Shown here piece after piece: positions 17,626-27,557 of a DNA stretch of 64,000 nucleotides. Below the pieces are notes generated by a model. That model saw only the letters and a list, made by a program, of their open reading frames with translations. It searched no databases and was not told where the DNA came from. This DNA comes from Desulfomonilia bacterium (GTDB taxonomy: Bacteria; Desulfobacterota; Desulfomonilia; UBA1062), in the NCBI GenBank assembly GCA_050014195.1, contig JBEKDT010000006.1, positions 154,645 through 218,644 on the forward strand, given 5' to 3'. Every line of letters starts with the position of its first letter. The first letter of the stretch is position 1. Position numbers and translations under genes: made by a program.

Positions 17626-19839
17626 TTAATGATTTTTAATCAATTCAATAAAATAAGAAGTATTTCTAATGTTAGCAAGATCAGGGTCCCTCTTGATCAG
17701 ACCCCAATTGTTAAATCCCTTTTCAATTGACTGTTTCAGCCATTCAATAGATTTATCAGTCATATTCTGCTTAGCATAGATGCATGCAATGTTATAGTAG
17801 ACCTCTGGATTACCTGGCTGAATCCGCTGCATGTTCTTAAGCACATCTAAAGCCTGATCGTACTTCTGAAACTTAGAATATATGAGCACAAGCCCAGACA
17901 TGGCCTTCATATATTCTGGTTGAATTGAGATTGCTTTTTGATATTGGATAATGGCGTCATCATATTCTCCCATCTGAGAATAGAGATCACCAAGCCTTGC
18001 ATGGTAAGTAGGATTTTGTGGTTCTGATTTCAATGATTCATTTAATAGGGATAGTTCGGCTTCAAACTTTTCCGGAGTAGCCTTTGCTTTTTCAAGATAA
18101 CTCACCACCACATATTGATGTGGATCGATAAGCAGTGCTTCATTCAGTTGAAAAATGGCTTCATGTAGTTTCCCTGTCAGCAACATGGCTTTTCCGAGAT
18201 TAAAATGGGCCTGAAAGTCCATTGGGTTGAGCCTGAGCAACTCCTGGAATTGCTCGATGGCCTCATCTGTTCTGCCCATCGATGCTAAAAGGAGCCCTAG
18301 ATTATTGTGTATATTCATATTATTAGGATCTATCTGTACGCCTTTTGATAAATACTCGACAGCAGCTTTATCTTCTTTCTTCATTATATACGACATCCCG
18401 ATACCATTATACGCTTCCGAGGTCGGTCTTATCCGCAAGGCCTGATGGAATTCTTTGATGGCCTCATCCAGCTGTCCCTTCTTTATCAGTACAAGCCCCA
18501 GATTAGTGTAAGCCATGTAGTTATTCTTAGTGACAGCGATTGTGTGCCTGCAGATAGTTTCGCTGTTTTTCCAAAAGCCGACCTGCACCCATGCAACCGC
18601 TATCAGTAGTACCAGAACGCCGACAGATATCACTCCAAGGACCGCCTTGCCCCAGCGCCAACGGCAGAAGAGATCGCTGAATCCCCACACGATCATGAGA
18701 AATATCCCAATAAGCGGTATGTATGTGTACCTGTCTGCCATCGACTGAGATCCGACTTGCACGATCCCAATAACTGGGACCAGGGTACCGATGTACCAGA
18801 GCCAGCCCACTACAAGATAAGGAAACCTAAACGCAAAAAACAGGACCGCAACTGTGACAAACAAAAGAAATATGGCGCACAAAATAACTGCCAGGGGATG
18901 AATGACCTCAGGATACGCGTAGAAGTTTGCTAAATTGAACGGCCATATCATCTTCCAGAGATAAGAAGCATAAGAGATGATGACATTGGCCATTTTGAAA
19001 CCGAAATCTAACTCACTCAGGGAACTTAACGATCCCGCACTTTTTTGGGCAAACATGGTAATACCGCTTGAGATCATTGCAAACACAATGAGGGGTATCT
19101 TTTCAAGAACAAGGGCTGAAAGTCTTGAGTGCCATCCTACAGATTCCGCTGTTCCCTTGTCCTGGTTTTTGTTGAGATCTCCTGCCTGATGAATTTCCAG
19201 ACGATTTAACGGCCAGAAATCCAAAAGAAGCAGTACGAAGGGCAAGGTCACAATCATGGGTTTGGACAGAAGCCCCAGGATAAAGAAGAGAATCAAAACA
19301 AGATATCTCTTAATAGTACGGTTCTGAACATACCAGAGATAACTCATCATGGTGAGCATCCAGAAAAAAGTGCTCAGCACATCTTTGCGCTCTGCGATCC
19401 ATGCAACCGACTCAACATGCAACGGATGCACGGCAAAAAGAGCAGCCACCGCAGCGCTCCTCCAGGATGCAGCGGTCATCTTCTCCAGAACGAGAAAGAG
19501 AAGTATGGTATTGAGAATGTGAAAGATCACGTTGGTAATGTGGTGCAGGCCCGGATTGAGGAGACCGAAGATCTGTACATCAAGCATATGAGAAATCCAG
19601 GTTAGTGGATGCCAGTTCGATGCATAAAACGATGAAAATGCCCATCTGATTCCTTCAAGACTCACCCCATTTCTGAGGGTATAGTTGTCCAAAATATATT
19701 GAGGATCATCCATGTTAATGTAGTCAAAACCTACTACTTGCCAATACACTGTGAGTGTTGCAGCTGTTAACAGTAGGCAGATCCAAACCTTAAGGTTTGG
19801 ATTTCTTGAGTTGCTTTTGGCATCCAGCTCAATTTTCAT
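17626..19839 (-). CDS. Polytopic membrane protein with C-terminal TPRs (TMTC-like GT-C glycosyltransferase family)
   Basis: NMDD, NWHPLTWISH, HPLHVESVAW..ERKDVL, ADRYTYIP, W.NS; about 8 TPRs. Confidence 0.85.
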   Translation of the reverse strand: MKIELDAKSNSRNPNLKVWICLLLTAATLTVYWQVVGFDYINMDDPQYILDNYTLRNGVSLEGIRWAFSSFYASNWHPLTWISHMLDVQIFGLLNPGLHHITNVIFHILNTILLFLVLEKMTAASWRSAAVAALFAVHPLHVESVAWIAERKDVLSTFFWMLTMMSYLWYVQNRTIKRYLVLILFFILGLLSKPMIVTLPFVLLLLDFWPLNRLEIHQAGDLNKNQDKGTAESVGWHSRLSALVLEKIPLIVFAMISSGITMFAQKSAGSLSSLSELDFGFKMANVIISYASYLWKMIWPFNLANFYAYPEVIHPLAVILCAIFLLFVTVAVLFFAFRFPYLVVGWLWYIGTLVPVIGIVQVGSQSMADRYTYIPLIGIFLMIVWGFSDLFCRWRWGKAVLGVISVGVLVLLIAVAWVQVGFWKNSETICRHTIAVTKNNYMAYTNLGLVLIKKGQLDEAIKEFHQALRIRPTSEAYNGIGMSYIMKKEDKAAVEYLSKGVQIDPNNMNIHNNLGLLLASMGRTDEAIEQFQELLRLNPMDFQAHFNLGKAMLLTGKLHEAIFQLNEALLIDPHQYVVVSYLEKAKATPEKFEAELSLLNESLKSEPQNPTYHARLGDLYSQMGEYDDAIIQYQKAISIQPEYMKAMSGLVLIYSKFQKYDQALDVLKNMQRIQPGNPEVYYNIACIYAKQNMTDKSIEWLKQSIEKGFNNWGLIKRDPDLANIRNTSYFIELIKNH

Positions 19840-20068
19840 GAGGTCATCACCATATCAATTATTAAATTAATTGGTATTAATTTGATTGTAAATATTCAAA
19901 TAGTAATTCAGAGTAGTTTGTACCTCAAACTACTCCCAGACACAAATATATTGACATGAACCTATTATAAATTAATAATATTAATGATTACATTCTTTAA
20001 TTCTTTGATTATTGTTTATTTAGAATATAGTTAATTATTTTTTTTCAAATACTATCATCTCGATAATA

Positions 20069-20144
20069 CCCTGAAAACTGAAGATGTTGTGTGCCAACCT
20101 GTGGTGTTTGAAATAAGATGCCCTATGTGTAGATTTCGTGCCAC
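20069..20144. repeat. Dispersed ~75 bp repeat, copy 1 (uninterrupted)
   Basis: Aligns by eye with 37315-37386 plus 37495-37500 (shared tgtgccaa, gtggtgtttg, ataagatgccctatgt, tcgtgccac). Confidence 0.8.
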
Positions 20145-20507
20145 CGACATGGAGCGCCTTGCAGCATAGATTGTAAACCAAGATCATCAGTTTTGAGGCT
20201 CTTCGAAACATCTATAAATCGCAGTTATCAATGGTTCATAGAAGAAAGAAAGGTGTCATAAAATGTCAGAAAGAATCCTTCATGACTCTAAGCGGTAGAG
20301 CACCTTATGAATATGCAAAGACAAAGTCTGGGGCTCATGAAGTGTTACTTTCCCCGGTGCGAATAAGACCTGAAGTGTATCCCCTAAAGTGATCCTCAAT
20401 TAAATTGCACTATTTTGGACAAGAGTGGATATTTATCGAGAAATGCTGTATAATATCTAATCTGATAGAAGCTCTTTTCATAAAGAAGACCCTGGTTACG
20501 TCTGGAG

Positions 20508-22982
20508 GTGGTGGGTATGGCTGGACCCACAGACAGCACGGAGAAAAACAGGATCTGCAGGCTTGAGAGTGAATTGAATAAGTCACAGCTCACGATTGCT
20601 CAACTCCTTGAAAAAGAGCGCACGCTTTCCAATGTGATAGAAGCCATCCCCATCGCAGCCTTTGTCATCGACAGAACGCACCGGGTTACCCACTGTAACA
20701 GGGCCTATGAATACCTCACCGGATTCAGAAAAGAGGATCTCCTCAATACCAATAAACAGTGGTCCCCCTTCTATACCCGAAAGAAGAAGACCCTTGCTGA
20801 CCTTGTCGTGGACAATGCAGCAAGGCTGCAGATCGAAGATTACTATGGGAAGGATTCCCGTAGGATCAGCCACAAAGATGGGGCGTACGCGGTTGAGCTC
20901 TTTTTCCCCCATCTCGGTAATAAGGGGAAATGGATCTTCTGCACGGCCGCCCCCCTCAAGGACCGGGACGGGGTTACCATAGGTGCAGTGGAAACGCTCC
21001 AGGACCTCACCTCCCGAAAGGAGGTGGAAGAGGCCCTTTTCAAGTCGGAAGAGAAATCCCGGATCATTCTCGACCAGATCGAAGACGGTTACTACGAGGT
21101 TGACCTTCGGGGAAGGGTCATATTTTTCAACGACGCCTTCTGCACAATCATCGGGTATTCTAAGACAGACATGGTGGGCATGTCGTACAAGGTATTTGCT
21201 GGCCCTAAGTACATGAAAAAGATTTTCAGCATGTACAACCGGGTTTTCAGGACCGGCAAGCCCGTCAAGGCCTTCGAGTGGGAGATCGTCAGGAAGGATG
21301 GAACAAAACGGCTCGTGGAGTTCTCCGTGTCCCTCATGAGGAACGCATCAAATGCACCGGTGGGGTTCCGTGGGATCGTGCGCGATGTCACGGATGCCAG
21401 GAGTGCGGAGAGGGAGCTGCGCAGGTACAAGAACCGCCTCGAAGAGCTCGTGCAGGAGCGGACCTCCGAACTAAACAAAACCAACAAGAGGCTCACCAGG
21501 GTGATCGACAACCTGAGAAGGACGGAGAAGAATCTGGTGAAGCAGCAAAATTTCTCCGAGAGTATCATCCGTTCGCTGCCGTGCATCTTCTATATGATCG
21601 ATAAATCCGGCCAGTTCATTAAATGGAACAAAAAAACTGAGGAGATCGGGGGTTATTCGACAAAGGAAATGAACGACGTTCATGCCCTCGACTTCTTCCC
21701 GGAGAGGGAAAAATCAAATATCGCAGACAAAATCAGTGAGGTATTCAGCAGGGGCAGGGCGTTTACCAACACCGTCGTACTGGGTAGGGACGGCCGCGAA
21801 ACCCCTCACTACTTTACCGGGGTGCGTACGCATATCGACGGGAAGAGGTACCAGGTAGGGGTGGGGATCGACACCTCTGACGCGGTCCGTGCGGAGAAGG
21901 CGCTCAGGGAGAGTGAAGAGAAGCTCACCGCAATCCTTGGCTCGGTCACTGACTACATGATCATCGTCGATAGGTCGTACTCAGTGGTATGGGCCAATGA
22001 AAAGGCGCGCTCCCTTTTCCCGGACCTGATTAACAACAAATGCCACCAGGTCATCCATGGCAGCAAGCTGCCTTGCAATCCGTGCATCGGCGAAGTGTGT
22101 TTCCGTAAGGGGGGCACTTATGAGCGAGAAGGTGCCTGCATCATCCCTGTCAGTGGGGAAAGGATGGATTTCTGGAGCACCACGAGCATCGTGACCAGGC
22201 ATGGGGACGGCTCGCCTGAGCTTATCCTGGAGCTCTTCAGGGACACCACGGAAAAGAAAGCATACGAGGCCGAAGCCGTGCGTGTGGGCCAGCTCGCATC
22301 GCTGGGCGAGCTCGCTGCCGGAGTGGCCCATGAGATCAACAACCCCATTAATGGGATACTCAACTATGGACAGATACTTCTTGAGAAAACAGGGAGAGCA
22401 TCTGCAGACCATGAGATCCTGCAGAGGATAGTCCAAGAGGGGGAGCGGGTTGCGGGTATCGTCCATAATCTCCTTTCATTCGCCCGGGTAAGAAAGGATG
22501 AGTTCGTATCTACCTCACTGGATGAGGTTATCAGTTCCTGTCTCGGGCTTGTGGCCAAGCAGCTGGCCAATGACGGGATCTCACTGAGGATCGACACGGA
22601 TGTCGGGCTCCCGAGGCTCTATTGCAACAGCCAGCAGCTTCAGCAGGTGTTCCTGAACGTCATCAGCAACGCCCGGTATGCACTGAATCAGAAGTACAGG
22701 GGGGCCCACAGTAACAAGATCATCGAGATCAGCGCAGAAAAGACACGGATGAAGAGTATGAAGGCCCTGAGGATTATCGTGTGCGATCATGGCACGGGCA
22801 TATCGCCGGAGATAATCGACAAGATCGGCTCCCCCTTCTTCACCACGAAACCCATGAATGAAGGAACAGGGCTCGGGCTGAACATCAGCCATGGCATCAT
22901 CAAAAACCATGGGGGCAGGCTGTGGTTCGACAGCACCGTCGGTGAATTCACCAAGGTCATCATCGACCTGCCGGCACGTTAA
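20508..22982 (+). CDS. Cytoplasmic multi-PAS sensor histidine kinase
   Basis: Four PAS domains, no TM segment; GELAAGVAHEINNP; NVISNA, DHGTG, GTGLGL. Confidence 0.93.
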   Translation: MVGMAGPTDSTEKNRICRLESELNKSQLTIAQLLEKERTLSNVIEAIPIAAFVIDRTHRVTHCNRAYEYLTGFRKEDLLNTNKQWSPFYTRKKKTLADLVVDNAARLQIEDYYGKDSRRISHKDGAYAVELFFPHLGNKGKWIFCTAAPLKDRDGVTIGAVETLQDLTSRKEVEEALFKSEEKSRIILDQIEDGYYEVDLRGRVIFFNDAFCTIIGYSKTDMVGMSYKVFAGPKYMKKIFSMYNRVFRTGKPVKAFEWEIVRKDGTKRLVEFSVSLMRNASNAPVGFRGIVRDVTDARSAERELRRYKNRLEELVQERTSELNKTNKRLTRVIDNLRRTEKNLVKQQNFSESIIRSLPCIFYMIDKSGQFIKWNKKTEEIGGYSTKEMNDVHALDFFPEREKSNIADKISEVFSRGRAFTNTVVLGRDGRETPHYFTGVRTHIDGKRYQVGVGIDTSDAVRAEKALRESEEKLTAILGSVTDYMIIVDRSYSVVWANEKARSLFPDLINNKCHQVIHGSKLPCNPCIGEVCFRKGGTYEREGACIIPVSGERMDFWSTTSIVTRHGDGSPELILELFRDTTEKKAYEAEAVRVGQLASLGELAAGVAHEINNPINGILNYGQILLEKTGRASADHEILQRIVQEGERVAGIVHNLLSFARVRKDEFVSTSLDEVISSCLGLVAKQLANDGISLRIDTDVGLPRLYCNSQQLQQVFLNVISNARYALNQKYRGAHSNKIIEISAEKTRMKSMKALRIIVCDHGTGISPEIIDKIGSPFFTTKPMNEGTGLGLNISHGIIKNHGGRLWFDSTVGEFTKVIIDLPAR

Positions 22983-22996
22983 ACGAGGGGGACATC

Positions 22997-24742
22997 ATGG
23001 CAGAGCCTGAGAAGAAGAGACTCAAAAAAAAGATCCTCGTCGTGGATGACGAGGAAAGCATCAGGTTCACCTTCTCCCACTTCCTGAAGGAAGAGGGGTA
23101 TGATGTCGTCACCGCATCGGACCTCAAGAGCGCCCGGAGGATCCTGTTCCACACCCAGGTGGACCTCATCTTCATCGATATTGTGCTCGGAGGAGAATCT
23201 GGTCTGGACTTGCTCAAGCAGGTGAAGTCGCTGCATCTGAAGCATCCTGTGATCATGATAACGGGGAATCCTACCTTGGACAATGCGACCGATGCGCTCA
23301 GGCTCGGGGCCTTTGATTTCCTGCTAAAGCCTGTGCGGAAGGACGATCTGCTGAGGGCAGTCTCCCTGGCCATCAGTCACAAGGCTCTCATCGATGAGAA
23401 AGAGCTTGTCACGAGGGAGAAGGAGAAATACCGCACGAACCTGGAGGCGATCTTCCAGAGTGTGAACGAAGTGATCATAACGGTTGATGAGGACATGCAC
23501 GTGATCGATGCCAACAGACATATCGAGACCATCTGCAGCATATCCATCAAAAAAATCACCGGGCAGGCCTTTGATGATTGTTTCACGAAATGCAGCCACA
23601 ACTGCTCCAAGGTGATAAGGGAAACCCTGAAACAGAAAAAGCCCATACGGGAGCTCCGGATGGAATGCGAGCACTATGACCGGCCCCGGCAGGTGGTGCT
23701 GCTCTCATGTTCCCCCCTGATGGACGATGAAGGTGCATACATGGGGGCTGTTCTTGTAATCCGTGATATCACCAAGCTCCACGATCTCGAGGAGGAGCTG
23801 AGAGGCAGGAGCAAGTTCCAAAACATTATAGGAAAAAGCAAGAAAGTTCAGAATATCTTCAAACTTGTCGAGGCCCTCTCGGATCTCGGGACCACGGTTC
23901 TCATAACCGGCGAGAGCGGGACCGGCAAGGAGCTTGTGGCAAACGCCCTTCATTATTCGGGAAAGAGGGCGGGAAAACCCTTCGTGAAGGTGAACTGTGC
24001 AGCACTGGCCGAGAACCTGCTCGAGAGCGAGCTCTTCGGACACGCCAGGGGGGCGTTCACGGGTGCGATAAAGGACAAGCAGGGCCGATTCGAACTGGCA
24101 AAGGATGGCACCATTTTACTGGATGAGATCGGAGACATTCCACCGCGCATCCAGTCCAAGCTCCTGCGGGTCCTTGAGGCAAAGACCTACGAGCGCGTGG
24201 GCGATGCCGCCCCGAAAAAGACCGAGGCCAGGGTCATAGCCAGCACGAACCGCAACCTGCGGGAAAAGGTCAAGTCGGGGGAATTCAGGGAAGACCTGTA
24301 CTACAGGCTCAACGTGGTCGAGATCGAGCTCCCGCCCATGCGGGAGAGACTTGAAGACATCCCCCTGCTTGTGGATCATTTCTGCTCCATATTTGAAACT
24401 ACGTTCAAAAAGTTGATCAACGGCATCTCAGACGAAGTGATGAGGATATTCATCAATTACCGCTGGCCCGGAAACGTGAGGGAGCTGGAGCATGCCATAG
24501 AGCACGCGTTCGTACTGTGCAACGATCGTGTCATCCTGCCGGAGCACCTCCCTCCATACATGCTCGGCTCTGCGCTGAAGACTGGTACTGGGGATAACCA
24601 GTCCGGTGGTGAGATGGAGCTCATCCTTGATATCCTGACGCAGACCGACTGGAACATCGCCAAGGCCGCGCGTATGCTCTCCATGAGCAGGCCCACCCTG
24701 TATCGAAAGATGCGCGAGCATGGTATCGGCAAGCAAGGATAA
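22997..24742 (+). CDS. Sigma-54 enhancer-binding response regulator (REC-PAS-AAA+-Fis HTH)
   Basis: ILVVDDE/FIDI receiver; PAS; GESGTGKE, ESELFGH.RGAFTGA, WPGNVREL; RPTLYRK HTH. Confidence 0.95.
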   Translation: MAEPEKKRLKKKILVVDDEESIRFTFSHFLKEEGYDVVTASDLKSARRILFHTQVDLIFIDIVLGGESGLDLLKQVKSLHLKHPVIMITGNPTLDNATDALRLGAFDFLLKPVRKDDLLRAVSLAISHKALIDEKELVTREKEKYRTNLEAIFQSVNEVIITVDEDMHVIDANRHIETICSISIKKITGQAFDDCFTKCSHNCSKVIRETLKQKKPIRELRMECEHYDRPRQVVLLSCSPLMDDEGAYMGAVLVIRDITKLHDLEEELRGRSKFQNIIGKSKKVQNIFKLVEALSDLGTTVLITGESGTGKELVANALHYSGKRAGKPFVKVNCAALAENLLESELFGHARGAFTGAIKDKQGRFELAKDGTILLDEIGDIPPRIQSKLLRVLEAKTYERVGDAAPKKTEARVIASTNRNLREKVKSGEFREDLYYRLNVVEIELPPMRERLEDIPLLVDHFCSIFETTFKKLINGISDEVMRIFINYRWPGNVRELEHAIEHAFVLCNDRVILPEHLPPYMLGSALKTGTGDNQSGGEMELILDILTQTDWNIAKAARMLSMSRPTLYRKMREHGIGKQG

Positions 24743-24798
24743 GGCGATTAAGTATGATCTCATAGGGGCAATTACATCATAATAAAACACTATAATTA

Positions 24799-24827
24799 TT
24801 ACACTTGTGTAAATTACACTCGTGTAA
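24799..24827. promoter_or_regulatory. Tandem palindromic upstream activator sites
   Basis: TTACAC-TT-GTGTAA (24799-24812) and TTACAC-TC-GTGTAA (24814-24827), about 90-110 bp upstream of a -24 box. Confidence 0.7.
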
Positions 24828-24912
24828 AGATTTAACACATATCGAGTGCATATCCGCCCTACTGCTTTTGCAACCAACTTAAATCCCGAAAGATATCTCG
24901 TCATACCCCTCT

Positions 24913-24928
24913 TGGCACGAAGTTTTCA
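24913..24928 (+). promoter_or_regulatory. Sigma-54 promoter (variant -12)
   Basis: TGGCACG-AAGT-TTTCA: perfect -24, TC instead of GC at -12. Confidence 0.55.
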
Positions 24929-24999
24929 TTAGGAAACTATCAGGAGCCCTTCGGGGCATTAGTTTCTTAAAGCGATTAATTTTGCCGTGGTGTGGTGAC

Positions 25000-25365
25000 A
25001 TGAAGAGAAGAGTGAAACGGGAATATCCCATCAAGCTTATTAAGTACAACGAGTTTGACCACGAAATCGATTCGGCGGGCAAACCGGTCCTCATGCTGTG
25101 CATTCGCAGGGATTACGAGTTCAGCAGCCAGACGGATCTGATCAGGGATGTGCTCGGCAGGATGGTTCAAGGATTTCCCATAGACCTGAAGGTATGCCTG
25201 GTGGACGAAGAGTCCCGGCTGGCGCTCAAAGACAAGCTTGATCTTCAGGGCAGCCCTGCCTTCCTGCTCTTCGAAAAAGGCGAGGAAAAGAACCGCCTGC
25301 TGGGTGTTGCGGACGAGGAGCAGCTCAGGGGCTTTCTCAGCAGCACGCTGGGCTGGAACTTGTAG
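25000..25365 (+). CDS. Thioredoxin-fold protein lacking CxxC
   Basis: KPVLML...LDLQGSPAFLLFEKGEEKNRLLG thioredoxin C-half with cis-Pro; no CxxC. Confidence 0.65.
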   Translation: MKRRVKREYPIKLIKYNEFDHEIDSAGKPVLMLCIRRDYEFSSQTDLIRDVLGRMVQGFPIDLKVCLVDEESRLALKDKLDLQGSPAFLLFEKGEEKNRLLGVADEEQLRGFLSSTLGWNL

Positions 25366-25409
25366 GGGGCGGTTTAAGTTGATTTTCATAGACAGGAGGA
25401 GAGAAAGGT

Positions 25410-26669
25410 ATGCCGAACATTGATGATTTTATCAGGCCGAAGGAATGGGTTTCCGATTTCGTTACCGACATCGGGAAAGTGTTGAGGGAGTGGGGGAAGG
25501 ACAAATATTTACCGGTCAGACAGAAGATCGATGAGGATTGGACGCACCACAAGATCGTCAAACCCCTGTTGAAAGAGGTACTCGTCGATCTTGGGATTAA
25601 CGCAGCATTTTTCCCGTATGAGGTTGGTGGGACTGATATCCCAGATGCCTGCACGCTGATCTGCGTTCTTGGTGAGGAGGGGGCGAGGATCGATTCGGGA
25701 TTCACTGTTGCCTGCCTGTGTTCCGTATGGCCGATGCTGCCAATCATATTGAAACCTCACCGCAATATGAAACTTCTTGAGGAACTTGGACCGAAATTCT
25801 GTAGCTCCGAGCTGTATGTTGGCTGCAATGCCATGACAGAGCCTGCCAGCGGGGCGGACATTGAGAACATTGACCGGATGCAGGGCAAGACCATTCAGAC
25901 GACCGCAAAACTCGACGGTGATGAATGGGTGATCAACGGCCATAAGATATGGCCTACAAACTCAGGCGACGTGGCAAACCTTTACGGCGTGGTGTGCACC
26001 ACGAAGAAGGGGTCAAAGGACCTGAATGACTTTGCCTTCATTTACGTGCCCGCTGATACAAAAGGGGTCTCGGTCGGAGGTCCTTATCAGAAGGCAGGGA
26101 TGGCGGCAGACATGAATACTGATATCTGGTTTGATCAAGTGCGTGTGCCGAAGAGGTATCGCGCGCATGGACCAGGCGATGATCTGAAATATTTCAAAGA
26201 GATGATAACCTATGGGAACATGGGGACTGCCGCTATGTGTCTGGGGGTAATGAAGGGCGTCTATGAGATTATCAAAAAATGGACCACTGAGAGGATCATA
26301 GCAGGGAAACCCCTCAAGGAACACAGCATGGTGGCCGCAGCCCTTTCTGATATAGCCATCAACATCGAGGCAACATCTGCATGGATCCATATGTACGCAC
26401 GGGAAGTTGATCGCCCAGACATCTATGGAACAAATCCGTGGGATGACACGCTGGTGCATAAGACACGCGGACTATCCACATTTGCCTGTAAGGCAGTTGA
26501 GAAAGTCTGCAGCACAGCCATGGATTACATGGGCTCGTACGGTTACTCGAGAGAATTTGATCTTGAGAAGCACTGGAGGGACGGCAAAATGCTGGGACTT
26601 TGGATGGGCGGCCTGGGTTTGAAGCAGATGGAGAATGCCAGGTACTGGTATGAGCTGGAGACGTTGTAG
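25410..26669 (+). CDS. Acyl-CoA dehydrogenase family flavoprotein with atypical active site
   Basis: AMTEPASGAD, INGHKIWPTN, MGSYGYSRE...EKHWRD; LWMGG replaces IYEG. Confidence 0.9.
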   Translation: MPNIDDFIRPKEWVSDFVTDIGKVLREWGKDKYLPVRQKIDEDWTHHKIVKPLLKEVLVDLGINAAFFPYEVGGTDIPDACTLICVLGEEGARIDSGFTVACLCSVWPMLPIILKPHRNMKLLEELGPKFCSSELYVGCNAMTEPASGADIENIDRMQGKTIQTTAKLDGDEWVINGHKIWPTNSGDVANLYGVVCTTKKGSKDLNDFAFIYVPADTKGVSVGGPYQKAGMAADMNTDIWFDQVRVPKRYRAHGPGDDLKYFKEMITYGNMGTAAMCLGVMKGVYEIIKKWTTERIIAGKPLKEHSMVAAALSDIAINIEATSAWIHMYAREVDRPDIYGTNPWDDTLVHKTRGLSTFACKAVEKVCSTAMDYMGSYGYSREFDLEKHWRDGKMLGLWMGGLGLKQMENARYWYELETL

Positions 26670-26726
26670 GCAAGGGATACAATAACCAGAATTTATGAAA
26701 GAAAAAATCAATTAGGAGGTGAACCA

Positions 26727-27149
26727 ATGGCTCTATATCCATCGCAGGAATGGTGTGATGCATGGAAAAATGCAATGAACAATGATCCGGCATGTGTAGA
26801 AAACGGGAAGAATTGGGCCCTGGATTTTCCAGGGGATTTTCTCTTTGAGGTCACCCCGGGATCAGGGCTGGATAAGACACACTACATATATGCCAACATC
26901 AAAGGGGGCAAGTGCCTTGAATTGAAAATGCTCGATAGCCCAGGGGAAATAAAGCCTGGGTTCTATGTCACAGGCACCTATGGCGACTTTAAACCGGTGG
27001 TTAAGGGTGAAAAAGACTTTATAGAAGGCGTTGTTCGGGCGCTTTTCAAACTGAAGGGGGATATGGGGAAGATCATGCGCAATGCCAAATACATCCGGGC
27101 AATGGCAGCTTCCATAAGCTCATTCAAGAACGAGTATCTCGGCGAGTGA
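26727..27149 (+). CDS. SCP2 sterol/lipid carrier domain protein
   Basis: YPSQEW start; GEKDFIEGV..ALFKLKGDMGKIM SCP2 C-terminal pattern; GGAGG RBS. Confidence 0.8.
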   Translation: MALYPSQEWCDAWKNAMNNDPACVENGKNWALDFPGDFLFEVTPGSGLDKTHYIYANIKGGKCLELKMLDSPGEIKPGFYVTGTYGDFKPVVKGEKDFIEGVVRALFKLKGDMGKIMRNAKYIRAMAASISSFKNEYLGE

Positions 27150-27169
27150 GGGCTGGATAAGGAGGCCAA

Positions 27170-27532
27170 ATGGGAGAGATCCGCATCATCGGCGATCTCA
27201 ACGGCCTGGGTGCCACTCTGCTGCCCATTATGGAACAGAACATCGACAACCCGCAGCGCATGAAGAAGATCAGCAGGATTTCGGGCAGCCTCATGGCGAC
27301 GGAGAAGAGCACCGGTGTGGCGATCACCATTCTGTTCGATAGAGGGGTGATTTCCATCAAGGATGGGGCCATCCCAAACCCCTCGGCTGCACTGTGGACT
27401 GATTTCGACACGTTGGCTGCATACAGCTGCGGTGAGCTGAATCCCATCGTGGGTGTGCTCAAGGGCAGGATAAAGGTAAGGGGAAACCTCCTCAAGCTCC
27501 TGAAGATGGTGACCATCGTGCGGGCAGACTAA
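27170..27532 (+). CDS. SCP2 sterol/lipid carrier domain protein
   Basis: GELNPIVGVLKGRIKVRGNLLKLLK SCP2 signature. Confidence 0.8.
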   Translation: MGEIRIIGDLNGLGATLLPIMEQNIDNPQRMKKISRISGSLMATEKSTGVAITILFDRGVISIKDGAIPNPSAALWTDFDTLAAYSCGELNPIVGVLKGRIKVRGNLLKLLKMVTIVRAD

Positions 27533-27557
27533 CACGATACGGCAAGGGGATAAGGAC

